DNA from: Camelus ferus
Taxonomy: Eukaryota
Assembly (NCBI RefSeq): GCF_009834535.1
Contig: NC_045697.1
Span: forward strand, 95,482,001 to 95,546,000
Length of the DNA stretch: 64,000 bases
Direction of reading: 5' to 3'
Of this stretch, positions 46,246 to 58,500 are shown in pieces (position 1 is the first letter of the stretch; every line of letters begins with the position of its first letter). The translations under genes and the position numbers were made by a program. Below the pieces are notes generated by a model. That model had not been told where the DNA came from, ran no database searches, and was given only the letters and a program-made list of their open reading frames with translations.

Positions 46246-48819
46246 CAGTGAGTTAATTGCTAAGGCAATCTATCTGCTCTCAGCTTTGCTTCTGGGAAAT
46301 TATTTTTTCTAACACCAATTGTTTGATGGTTCTTGAAGAGGGTTTTCTTTAGCCTGTGAATTGCCTCAGATACTTGCAAATGTTGACCTTAATAAATTAG
46401 TTTAGTTGTCTGGCTGACAGTATATCTCCTGCAAGCTGAGCTGTGGTCAACTAGCATTTCTTTGAATTAGGAGCTCCAAATGTTTATTTTATATCATGGC
46501 TCTTGAAAGTAGACCTTGCACTTAAAGGTTGTGGGTCTGGGCAGTGGGCTTCAGGACTTGGTAGTCTCTTTTATGCATCTACTGCCTAGGCGAAGAATAG
46601 TGTGGGCTATGATGGTGTGGAACATCCTGCTGCCCCAAGCTGCTTCCCTAGGGGTTATCAACTTTGTCAGGGATGGCCTGGTGGTCTAGTTTCTTTAGCT
46701 AGATCTCCTACCTCCCTGCCTCTCCTGGGCTAGGATTGTATTTGAGTGGAGAATGTGGCTTTTACAGACTATCAGGCTCCATGATTATCTGATGATGACT
46801 TTCAGGTGTGCTGTTCCCTTCCTTGCCTAGGAAGGCTGCACTTTTTGTATTGAGACTGGCAACATGTTTATAGGATGGCCACAAGAGGGAGCCAACAAAA
46901 TCCAACAGCCTTAAAATTTCTATCAATTCACCTTTAATTCCAGTCTCAATATGCTCATTGTCTAAATCCCTAAATAGAAAATTAGTCCTCTTAACAAAGT
47001 ATTTCGCCACTTTAAAATACAGGCTGATGGGCTCCAAGCTAAGGATTGGATTATAATCCCTACATGTGTTCCCACCTTGATTTAATGAATCTTACAGTTT
47101 CGGAATTTTGACTTACAATACCTCCAATGCTTCATCATTTTTCTAATGATCATGATTCCTTCAGGTGTGAATGACCCAAACTCATGACTAACTTAAGCCA
47201 AAAAAAGTCAATTGTTCTTGCATCTTTAAGTGGACAGCATGAAATTACAAGGGTTCTCCTCTCCCCCTTGTTTCTGGAAACACCTCTAATTCATTCTGTC
47301 TCTCATAACAGTTTTTGCAACGAATGTGTTGGCTTTGTTTTAAGGTAGCTTTTCTGCACCTGGTGACTAAGATGAGCAATTGTTCCATGCCAGACACTTT
47401 CATGCACAGAATAAGAAGGCTGTGTTGACCCTTGGACTGTGTGAGGTGGCAGCACTCTGATAGGCACTGAGGATTAGGAAGTGACTAGAAAGACAAAAAT
47501 GCATGCCCAAAAGGAGCTTAATTCCAGGGAAATTATAAATGAATATGTAGAATATGTAGCATCTCATGTGGTGATAAAATATTTGTGGGGGGTGGGGATT
47601 CTCTACACAGAAGAGAATGTTCTTAAGGAGTATCAGGTGTATCTTATCTAGAGATGAGCTTAAATTATAGCAAAGAACAACAAACAACAATCGATAAATA
47701 AGTGGGTAAATTTATGCACTGTTTCAGCTGATGATAGGTTCGATAGAAAAGAAGTGTTAAATGCTCTTAAGGATGCTCTTAGAAAGCTCTTAGGGATGGC
47801 TGGTGGTAATTGTAGAATGAGAGAGATGACCTGTCTTAGGATATATGTCAAATCCAGTACTTTGTCCTGGACCGACAACTGTCTCTCAGGAAAAGGTATT
47901 CTTATCCAGTCACCATTTTGATGGGGAATGACTGGTCATTCAAGGAAGGATGGAGGGAAGGGGAGAAGGCTGTTCCTAGTAGGAAAAGATGGATTTTGTT
48001 TCTAGACAGAATGGTTTACGGTTCTGGCCAGAAAAGTCAGTGGAAGTCACACAAAATACATTCTTAAAGAGTGGCATTTAAGAGTGGTGCTTCCCAAGAA
48101 CTATTTCAGTTGGCATCAGACAACACTGCATCTAACTGAATTATTTTGAGAATTCTCCTAATGCTACAAACACATATGATGCTAAATTAATGCTGCAACA
48201 TTCACTGAGCTGAAGTTACTCAACTCAGGCCAAAACTGGCTACAGCTTCTAGATATACAATTGCTACAGGATCAAAGTTTAGAGCTTTCTGGGACATCAC
48301 TACCTCCCCATCCAGAACTTCTTATCTTTCTCAGCATACTGTTTCTGGATGATTTCAGGAACTTCCATGGTCTCAGTAAAAAAATAATTTCTGATTTTTC
48401 AAATATATATGTCCGTACCCTTAAAGACCACCATTTTCTTAAATCTTATCACAGCGTTTCATTTCTATTTGCAAACCAGCCAATTTTTGTCCAAACTTCT
48501 CTCTTTCTTATTATATCATATTTTATATGTCTAATAGTAAGCAATTATTACAATTATCTGACTCTTTTTAATCCCCTTAAAGTTCTTATGGAGCAGTGTT
48601 GTCAAATATTGAACTATGAAATAAAGGAATTTATCTATTTCTTTGCTTTCTGCTATCAAATGTTAATCCAATCACTCTTCCTTCATTCTCTTTCTTTCCT
48701 TCTTTCCTCCTGTTTTTTCTTTCTGTTCTTTACTTCACTACCTTCCTTCTTTTCTTCTGTTTTGGAGTTACATAATTTCATTTAAATATAATTTCTATAT
48801 ATTTCAGAATAGTGCTGAA

Positions 48820-49620
48820 ACAATTTATTTCCAAACCTTAAGTAGTATAACAGCATGAAAAAAAAATTTTTTTTAGTTTTCTCATGTCAAAGTCTAATAT
48901 GGGTTAGTTGGTTGAGGGGTTCTGCCCAATGCAGTTATGTAGAATTCAGGCTTATTCTGTCTTATTCCTCTTCAAAGTCCTCTCTCCTAAGCTAATGGAT
49001 GAAGAGGTGCAGTGATAGTGATGGCTGAGAGATTTACATTCTGTGATCCAATCATGGAAGTAGCAATGTCAACACCATTGACCAAAACTTAGCCACACAT
49101 TCACAGCTAACTGCAGAGGTGGTCTTGTTATCTATTACTTGCAACAAACTACCCCCAAAATTAGTGATTAGAAATAATTTTGTTTTCCTCATAATTTTGT
49201 GTGTCAAAAATTTGGACAGGGACAATCTGTCTTTCTAGTTGTTCTCCACACAGTATCAGCTGATACAGGGGAATCCACCTCCATGATAGCTCACCCAGCA
49301 GCTGGTAAATTGGTACTGATGGTCTCCTGGTAGGGCAGCTGCACTGTCGGACAGGGACTCCATTTCATCTCCTGTTGGTCCTTTCAAGGATGCTTCTTGG
49401 GATTCCTCAGAGGATGGTGGCCGACTTCCAGGAAAAATGTTTCATGGGGCTAAAGAGAAGTTGCAAGGCCCTGATTAATACAGTCTCAGAAGTTTCTACC
49501 ACTTTCTATTTGTCAAGCAACTCACTAAGGCCAGCCCTTACTTGACAGGTAGGGGAGTAGATTCCATATCTCAATGTGAGAAGTAGTAAAACATGCCCAT
49601 TTTAACCAGAGGAGGGTAGA
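48820..49620 (-). mobile_element. Old MLT1 LTR remnants, probably two nested
   Basis: 'aacaaactacccccaaaattagtg...ctcataattttgtgtgtcaaaaatttgg...caagcaactcactaaggccagccc'. Confidence 0.65.
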
Positions 49621-49789
49621 AAATTTAGTTTAGTGGTAATCCCAGGGTTGAAATCAAAACTTGTACTGGTAAGAACAAGATAGAATAGAGAAGAAAATGT
49701 TACCGTCATCTAATTACATATATTCCACATTGACTACTTGACATTTATACTTTGAAAATTTGAAAAGGGTTCTATTCAACATAAATAAA

Positions 49790-51310
49790 TCCTGAATTCC
49801 TTCAGTTTCCCTTATTTCAAAGAAAGCCAATCATCCAGTATATTGCAAAGCCGGAAATGTGGGAGCCATCCTGGACTCATCATTTTTTCTTAATTCCCTA
49901 TGTCCATGCCAATTCTAAGAGCTGAAAATACTATTGCTTTAAGTCTTACATCTTTCGTACTTTGTGACTATGTTCTCATGAGTCTAGCTGCTAAGACTAA
50001 ATTTGTACAGGCCAAAAAATGTTTTCTCCTGGATTATTGAAAGAGCCTCCCAACTGATGTATCAGCATTTAGATTTCTCTTATTCTTATCAATTCACCAA
50101 ACTGGAACTATATTCAGAGAGATTTTTTTTAAACTCAAATCTGATAATGTTGAAACTCTGTTTAAATATTCCAATAGCTCCTCATTTCTATGAAAATGAA
50201 ACACAAGTTACTTAACTGTGGGTTGTGGCCAGCTGAAGTCCCACCGAGACTCTGTGGAAGAAGTCAAGAGAGCAAGAGGGAGCAGGAGCGAACTCCACTA
50301 GCCTCTCAAATGCTCCCATATTTATTCTGTACAATTAAAGGAGGAATCACTAGCAGTTGTGTGATGGAATGCAGGAATTTAGGGAAGGACAGGGTGGGAT
50401 CACAAGGAGTACAAAGGCTTTGTTTATTGTTGGTATTTGGCTCAAGGTCAGAGGACCCTTCATGTTTTGGTAAATCATGTTCCTGTTGAGCCTTTCAGCT
50501 TATCAGGGCGGAACATACGAGAATCAGCTGCTTAACAAGATTTTTCTTGGACTCAGGCGGCTGTGCCTGTCTTAGGTTGCCCCCTCAGGGGATCTTACCC
50601 GTCATTGGCTAACCAGCCTTCTCACCTCTGAGTCTGCAGCTTTTTATAACTTGTTTAGCATTCCAACCCAAGGCTGTTTTGGGGATAGAAGACTGTCTAA
50701 CAGCAGGCACGCCCATCGTTTATAGCCTAGGGCCTTGGTCATTACTTTGCAATGAGCAGAGTGCTATCTAAAACCTACTAAGCACATTTGCTCTTCTTTA
50801 AGGAGATAAGCAGCTGGTGTCTGTTACAATTTGTTAACCCAATCATGGGCTCCCACACTTAACCTGGGCTAGAAGGTCTGTCTGGATCCAGTCTCTGCTG
50901 TTCTCCTGAACTCCATGATGTAATTCTCCCTACACACTCTGGACTTCCTCCACACTCACCTCCATCACTTCTGTTAAGTGCTGTCATCTTTCTGGTTGCT
51001 GTCCTTTGCCCATTCTTCTCCCTCTGCCTGATTTATTCTTCCCATGCTTTCTATGATTTACTCCTACTTCTTCTTAAAATTTCGTCCTAGATATTATCAC
51101 TTATGAAATTTTATTTCCTCCCCAAAGTAACCCTTAACATTTTCTTTCTTGACCTATCTTAGTGAATTCAATCTACTGTTTCTAAGAGTCAGCTCTGAGA
51201 TGTATGTGATCAGGAAACACACCCTGCTTCCTATAATATCCTTACGTCTTCTACATTCTTATTAACATGTGGAAAAATTCAATAAATGTTTGTAAATATA
51301 TGAATGAATG
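49790..51310 (+). mobile_element. L2 fragment split by an LTR
   Basis: 'agccggaaatgtgggagccatcctggactc'; L2 continues across the LTR to the tail 'aataaatgtttgtaaatatatgaatgaatg'. Confidence 0.75.
50217..50857 (-). mobile_element. Solo LTR with perfect 6-bp TSD, betaretrovirus/ERVK-like, 641 bp
   Basis: tgtggg...cccaca inverted termini; cttaac at 50211-50216 and 50858-50863; minus-strand TATAAAAA at ~50,641-50,648 and AATAAA at ~50,423. Confidence 0.9.
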
Positions 51311-52109
51311 AGGGAATACAATCTTCCATGTGATGCCATTTTCACCTGGCTTTAAGTCAATGGTTATCACTTTCAGGTTTTCAGGGGTGTTGTAAAATTC
51401 TTTATTTGGAAAGGAATCCTAATTAATAGGTGTGTTTCAAAATTTTTATTTTCAGAAGAGTGTGGGTATTTCCCCCCAAGTTTTATTCTTATAGTTGAGA
51501 AGAGGAAAAGGCCAGTGTTGGGGTACACTTGATTAGAGAGAGAGAATATTTGATAGGCAGTGGCTTCATCATCAAAACGGCTCGGACCAGACACTACGGT
51601 AGTTCATATACTTATGAGGGAGTCTAAATCTTTTTCCTTGTGTCGATACGCAGTAAGAAGTATGGATTATGAACGTGACTGAAGTCCGACTGTGACATCA
51701 TTTCAGTTCCTCAAGTGTTATAAATTTGGGGGTTTTTGAGTCTACATGGCATTTATGATTAGTCCTCTTAGACTTTTACTAGTTTTTGTTTTTTTTTTTT
51801 AACCTTAGATTTTTACCCAGATTTCTCAAATCCAAACTTCCTGTCAAATAGGGTAAGCTGATACGGCTCTGAGTAACATGTCTAGTGATCTGGAGGAGGG
51901 TAACATTGATGGACTCCTGTGCTTAGAAAGTTGGTTTCATAACCCAAAGATCTTTCTCCAGTCGTTTTATTTTCTCTAAAAATATCTATCTTCCCTTACT
52001 TTTGTTTATACTTTATTGAAACACATTATAAACAAATATAATTAAGAATATTAAACAACAATTTGACTAGACTAAGTTTGGGTGTTCATTTATATCACTG
52101 TATTAAAAG

Positions 52110-52383
52110 GATATCACAGAAAACAAACTTATGATTACCAAAGGGAAGGGGCAGGGAGGGAATAAAATGGGAGTTTGGGATTAGCTGATACAAAATACTA
52201 TATGCAGAATAGATAATCAACAAGGTCCTACTGTATAGCACAGGGATCTATATTCAATACATTGTAATAACTTATAATAGTGAATAATATGAAAAAAGAT
52301 ATATATGTATAATTGAATCACTATGATGTATACCAGAAACTAACACAACACTGTAAATTAACTATACTTCAATAAAAAAAAAA
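52110..52383 (+). mobile_element. L1 3' end (cetartiodactyl type) with polyA
   Basis: 'aacaaacttatgattaccaaaggg...aacaaggtcctactgtatagcacaggga...aactatacttcaataaaaaaa'. Confidence 0.9.
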
Positions 52384-52417
52384 AGATAGTTGGAACAGAT
52401 TAAAAAAAAAGATGTCA

Positions 52418-52632
52418 TATTGAACAACACGGATTTGAACTGCATGGGTCCACTTTTGAATGGATCCATATGACAGTACTGCACGATCCACAGTTGGTTG
52501 AACCCTAGGTTGGTTGAATCTGTAGATGTTAAACTGCTGATACCTGAGGGCTGACTGTAAAGTTATAGGGGGATTTTTGACTGCATGGGAATCAGAGCCC
52601 TTAAGCCCCACACTTTTCAAAGGCCAACTGTA
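52418..52632. mobile_element. TcMar-Tigger MITE (Tigger2/MER8-like)
   Basis: 'ttgaacaacacggatttgaactgcatgggtccact' ... TIR-like 'ttcaaaggccaactg' followed by TA. Confidence 0.8.
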
Positions 52633-53087
52633 CTGGTCTCAAAATACACATAAAGACATTACATCTCATATTGAACTTCTTAATATCAGCTCATTGTGAA
52701 TGTATAGATACACTAAGTTATTTTGTATTTAATCTTAATTTATATAGCCAAATTATTCATTTTTAACTAGTGTTAAAAATATACAAGATATTATTTCCAC
52801 ATATCTAGTCTCATTTTATTACACTTTTAAAATAGTATGTCTTTCAATCAGAAAAGGAAGTTCATATAATATCTGTGTCTTAGTTGCAACTCTCATTTGT
52901 TATTGTGAGTACTTCTTTTTAAAAAATCCACTTTAAATAAGTAGGAATGTTTTCTAAGATATAAGGAATTTATTGTATTAATAATTTAAAAAAGTGGTTA
53001 GAAGCTCTCTCAAATAAACATCAAATATAGTATTAGAAAATTGAATATATAAAGGTTTTTGATAAAATGAAAAGTTAAAAATATTTA

Positions 53088-53540
53088 GTTTTTTACTGAA
53101 GTATAGTTGATTTACAATATTCTGTTAAAGGTGTACAACAAAGTGATTCAGTTATATATATATTTTTCAGATTATTTTCCATTATAAGTTTTATAAGATA
53201 ATGAATATAGTTCCTGTGCTATTCAGTAAATCCTTGTTGCTTATCTATTTTATATATAGCAGTTTATGTCTGTTAATCCCATGCTCCCAATTTATCCCTC
53301 CTCCCTTCCCTTTCCCCTTTGGTAACCGTAAGTTTGTTTTCTATGTCTCTGAATCTATTTCTGTTTTGTATGTAGATTCATTTGTATCATTTTTTTTAGA
53401 TTCCACATATAAGCAATATCATATAATACTTGTCTTTGACTTACTTCACTTAGTATATTTTCTGGGTCCGTCCATGTTGCCACAAATGGCAATATTTCAT
53501 TCTTTTTTATGGCTGAGTAATATTCCATTGTGTATATATG
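53088..53540 (-). mobile_element. L1 3' end
   Basis: 'tgaagtatagttgatttacaat...ttagattccacatataag...ggctgagtaatattccattgtgtatat'. Confidence 0.9.
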
Positions 53541-54104
53541 TCATGGCTGCCTTTATTAATCTCAAAACCCATTTGATGTCACTTAGATTTTTAAAGACAT
53601 TTGCTAAATATTTATAATTCTCTTTTATTATCACATTTAATTCTCCTCCCATTTCCAGTCCATGTACAGAATTTAGAAATATATTTGAAAAATCTAAGGC
53701 CTGGCTTCCTAGGTCTGCTGTCTCCCTTGTTTGACACAATTTCCTTCTTCCAATAAGCTAGAAATTTAGGTAATGTCAGAGATGTACTCTTTTTAAAATT
53801 AAAAAAAAAAATTCTTTAATTGCTTCCATTTGCACTTTAAAATGACATATAAATACTTTATCATGGCCTTTAAAAAAAAATTCTGGATATCCCAAGCTCT
53901 GAGCTTTTCCACATGTAATTTACTCAATTTTTAACTTTTTTCCCTGTCTTTCCAGAATTACAATTCATTCAGATCTAAATTTAAAAAGCAATTCTTCAGG
54001 AAGTTCCTCTCAGGACCTATGTCTACCATGTTTCCAGATTTCATATCATTGCCTGGTATATAGATATTCATTAAATACTTTCAAATAAGGACATTTAGGT
54101 GCAA

Positions 54105-54460
54105 GCACTTGCTTACCGAGAATAGGGTGATGGTAGCCGTCTTCCCCGGTGCAGACAGTAAGAGGGTGCAGAATCTGCACATAATTAAAAAACAATAATA
54201 AAGCCAACTAAATATCTATCTGGTTTTTATAATCACTTTATATAAACAACTGTAAGTAACTTTGATAATGGGATTCTCCTCTATAGGAAGTTTTTCTAAC
54301 GATCCACGTTGTAAGTAACTGTTGTGGTTACTGTTGAATTTTAATAATATACATGTAACCTCAAGTTAGTAATATTTCTTACTCTTAGATAAACATTGCA
54401 TTCTAGAAGGAAGTTAATTGGTAGAATTCCCATTTATGTAGTCATCCCCACCACACCAAA
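54105..54460. mobile_element. Probable hAT-type DNA transposon remnant
   Basis: 'ggtgcagacagtaagagggtgcag...aaaaacaataataaagccaactaa' recalled as hAT MITE-like; family uncertain. Confidence 0.4.
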
Positions 54461-55329
54461 AAAACTACAGATATTTATTTCAAAAGTAACTTTGCAATGA
54501 TTTAGAACATTCAGTTTTACTTTGAGTATACATCTTGTCTCCAGCCTCTATGGCACTTTAGTAGTCTTGGAATAAACACAGGGATTGTGTGCATAAAGTA
54601 ACAGAATATAATATACTTCACTTCTCTTATTCTACATGACTATTGGGATTTTTATTAATGTTTAATATTTAAAATGGTAAAGATTCAAAGTAAGGTATAT
54701 TTTTTTTCTTAAACTAATGTGATTGAAGGTGTCATTTGATTACTTTTTCCTTTTGTATTATCACATTTGTTTTTTATTTTTACTTAAAATTAGTGGCTCT
54801 ATTATAAAAAGTTCAAGAAGGAAAATTTTCACTGTTTACATTTCTTTTCACACTATTATTAATATTACTTACTTAACTTTATTTAACAAAAATAATTTTT
54901 TTCTATGTTTTCTATAGAGGAAATGGGTTTGAAAAGATGATCTGCTCTGAATTTTGCTGTTATTATACCTTGGGAATGGCACCTAACTTTTTTGCTCCTC
55001 ATATGATCAACTGTATAACATAGCTACTGAATATTTTGCCTTCTTTCCAAAAGTATCGTGGGAATCAGTTGAGTCAAAGAATTTTAAACTATGTAAATGC
55101 TGTACCATTAAACAAATTTAATGGACTTTGGAGCCCTTAGCCCTCCCCATATCAATGAGCACGCCAGCATTCTTAAACAGTATGCCTTTCTCTCCTGAGA
55201 ATGGAGGAGACATACGTGGTCCGTTGCTTGTGACATGTAAATATCAACCTGCTTTATTCTAGGGGATTGTATTACTTATTGAATTGAAAATGTGGATGCA
55301 GAATATCATACTGTTTAAGATACATGCTT

Positions 55330-55550
55330 CTCACCCACAAACCAGGGTTTGCTCACCTTCCACCTACTAGCTTTGTAATGGAGATTTTATCTAACAGTTT
55401 TTGTCTCTATTTCTTCATTTGTTTAGGGAGATATAAATAATACCTACCTTGCATGCTTGTTTTGGAGATTAAATAAGCTCAGACATATAAAGTATTGACA
55501 TAAAATGACAATTCATCAGTTGTTCATATGAGTTTCATTTCTAGCAACTG
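55330..55550 (+). mobile_element. MIR SINE
   Basis: 'cacctactagctttgt...tttcttcatttgt...aataatacctacc...gagattaaataag'. Confidence 0.65.
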
Positions 55551-58500
55551 TTATTATCAACATGATTTAAAAAATGAAAATGTGTTAGGGAGATGGATAC
55601 CAAAAGCAGCATGTATCAATACACAGGGAATTAGTCTGAATCATTGGTGTGATTCTTGATCTGTCATAATTGTATTTCACCTCAAAAAAAAAAAAAAAAC
55701 TTGAAGGGGAAAAAAAGCATACACTGAATCACAAATTCAGTCTATTCCAGTATTATCATTGGACAACCATGAATATAAAATTGTACTTATACATTAAATG
55801 TTTGGCTATTAAAAGGAATTGTATGTGCATATGCATACATTTCTAGGTATGGAAAGAATATTTAAACTTGGAGTATGTATTTCAGCACTTGCTTTTTAAT
55901 AATAACATGGAATGCTTTTATGAGTAAGATGAACTGAAATGTGATACACAAGTTTGTAATCTTTGTTCTCTGAATAAAGGATAAACTTATAGTTTATTCA
56001 GAGATTATATGACATTACTTTTTAGCTTAGAGTAATATTATAGAACATAAAATAAACAGTGTTTCCCGGAAGATAGGTCTGTAAAATTAGTTTAGGATTT
56101 CTCGTAAAATTTGGAAGTGTGTACAGAGAATCAAAAAGGCTGTGCTCATCTTCTGGACTTAAATATATAAGCTCTCTGGAAATTGGTGTTTGATTTCATA
56201 AAATGGAAATAATCATCTTTTCCAATTTCCTTAGAAAAACTCTAAGCAAGTAAAATATTTTTAACACATTTTTAGTAAGGTTAAAAGGACAACCAAACCC
56301 TAGTTTTAATATTCCAGGCAATATAGCATTAAGGAAATTTGACTATCTCTAAATTTACAAACTAAGCATCACCTTTCCCCCCCCCTGAATTCCTTACATT
56401 ATTATATAGTAAATCCACAGAGTAATAACTTATAACCTTATGCAGATTTTAAATAGTAAAATTAGCCTTCCCCTGTCATGTTTTTTCTAAGTGAGTGGGT
56501 GTCCTGAAGATAGACATTGCTATATAACAACAGAGCAAGTTGTAAAACTTTTAGGTTATCTCACACATTTGTTGATAACAGATTAATGTTTCTCACTTGG
56601 CTCTTGATTTAGTCCCTAATACAGTCAGGCACAATGCTGTGCAGCATGGACCACCACATGAAGATGCTACAGAACATCACAGCAGCATCTGCTATTATTA
56701 TGAGTCAGAGAGCGAGGATAGGGTCTTCAGTAGCAGGCTTCATAGAAGCCAGCGTTTTGTATTTAACGATGATAGATGATAATAAAGGAAGTAAAAATTG
56801 TGTTTTGTATCATTATTAGTTGTTACCCATAGACTCTCAGTCAGGGGTATGTGTGTGGGTTTGGGTCATGAATTTCTGGGCCCCTTTGCTGTACTTGACA
56901 AGTGAATTCCTTTAATACCTGAATGCTTAAAGCTCCACTAAATGCACAGAAATGCCTAAAAGAGGGAACTATTCTAGGATAATGCCTTTGTGATCATGTA
57001 AAGATTAAAAACAGAAATGAAAAACTTTACTTTTTTGACCATTCTGTGAAATGTATGCTAGACCAGCTAAAGTGTTTCATTGTATGCACAAGTAACCCTG
57101 CACCCATTAAACGATTTTGCTAAAATAAAAAAATAACATATTTGAGATGAAAAAGGGACTAAATAGTAGGATAATCTTAATGGAATGAATTATTTCAGAG
57201 TATAATTTGGTAACTATTTAGATATATGTAACAATGTTTAACAACCATACACATTTGCATCTAGAATATCTAGTTAATCATTTTTACAGTGTTCACAATG
57301 ACAGCTATGATGATCCCTCTTCATCCTTGAAGATAAATTGCTTACTTTTTCAGGTGGGGTCAGTTATTCTGTATGATTCACTTTTATTCTCTGGTTACAG
57401 AAGATGAATCTTGATTCTCATGTATTTGACCTGTGTTTTCTTTTCACTCCCTTTATGTCAGAAACGCCGGACTGTGCAATCAGTCTTTAGCATTCAGTGA
57501 TTTCCTAACATACTCAGTTAGTAACAGGACACAGAAAAAGTGTTTGTGTGTTCATTAGTCACTAATAAAAATAAATCTGAATTTAGTGGTGTTTAGCCAA
57601 CGTAAGATATGATTTCCTAGGAAGACTGTAGTTTTAAAAGATATATATTCACCAATAATATCCTTCAGATATCATGTCTGTATAGATGCCATGAATGGAA
57701 CAAAATCATATGTGCCCCACTGTGTGGCTGAAATCAGCATGATTTACTGTACTGTGAGACACTTTTAGTATTTTACTTTTCTAATAACTGAGCCACCTCT
57801 CCAAATGATGGCTCTTGAAAAATCCAAGCCTATTCAGCAAGATGTTTCAAAATGTTCCCTCTTCACCTGTTAGCAACAGATCCAAAGATATCTTTACTCA
57901 GTATGCAGAAACAGACCTTCTATTCTTTCTCTGTAGAGGGTTCCTTGTACTCCTAAAGAAGGGAGAATCTAGGGATGTGTCTCTGCCTGTGAGAATTCCC
58001 TGCAGCGAGAAGGCAGTGGAGTTATATTTAACCCCACAAGCTGTCACGCAGTGACTCTGTGGGGGAGAGAGGCCTCCCTAGGTCTCATTGTGAGAATCTC
58101 CTAATAGGTCTTCTGCAGCCGTAACACACAACAAAACCTGGTGTTACGAACAGCAGGAAAGTATGTTTTTAACGTCCCCATGCCTAATTATAAATGACAG
58201 GTCTCTTTTTCCGTATTTCTTATGGAAATGTCTCACTCATTATTTTATAGTTTTATCACATATTCTCCCCAGCGGGAACCCCATATGCCGAGATAACTGA
58301 TGTCGTCTCCTTGGGAAGCTCAAGGAAGACTTGAAGTTGGTGAAATTGGACAATTACAAGAAATATTAAAAAAAAAAACAAAATAAAAAAACCTCTTACT
58401 ATGGACACTACTGATGTTCAAATTTCTTTAACAAATAGGTGTACTTCCTGTAATTCTCATTATTTTGCAAATGCCTCTCCCATCAGTCCTTCCTCCTGAA

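Noticed and set aside
46762..47037. 91-aa ORF that looks globular (possible viral or gag remnant)
   Set aside because: No motif I can assign and a non-ATG start; it would need a tblastn/HMM hit.
47761..47796. Three copies of gctctta at ~12-bp spacing within a stop-free frame
   Set aside because: Short slippage repeat; the peptide is not recognised.
48261..48785. 174-aa hydrophobic ORF
   Set aside because: T-rich low-complexity sequence giving Phe/Leu/Ser, a non-ATG start and no family motif.
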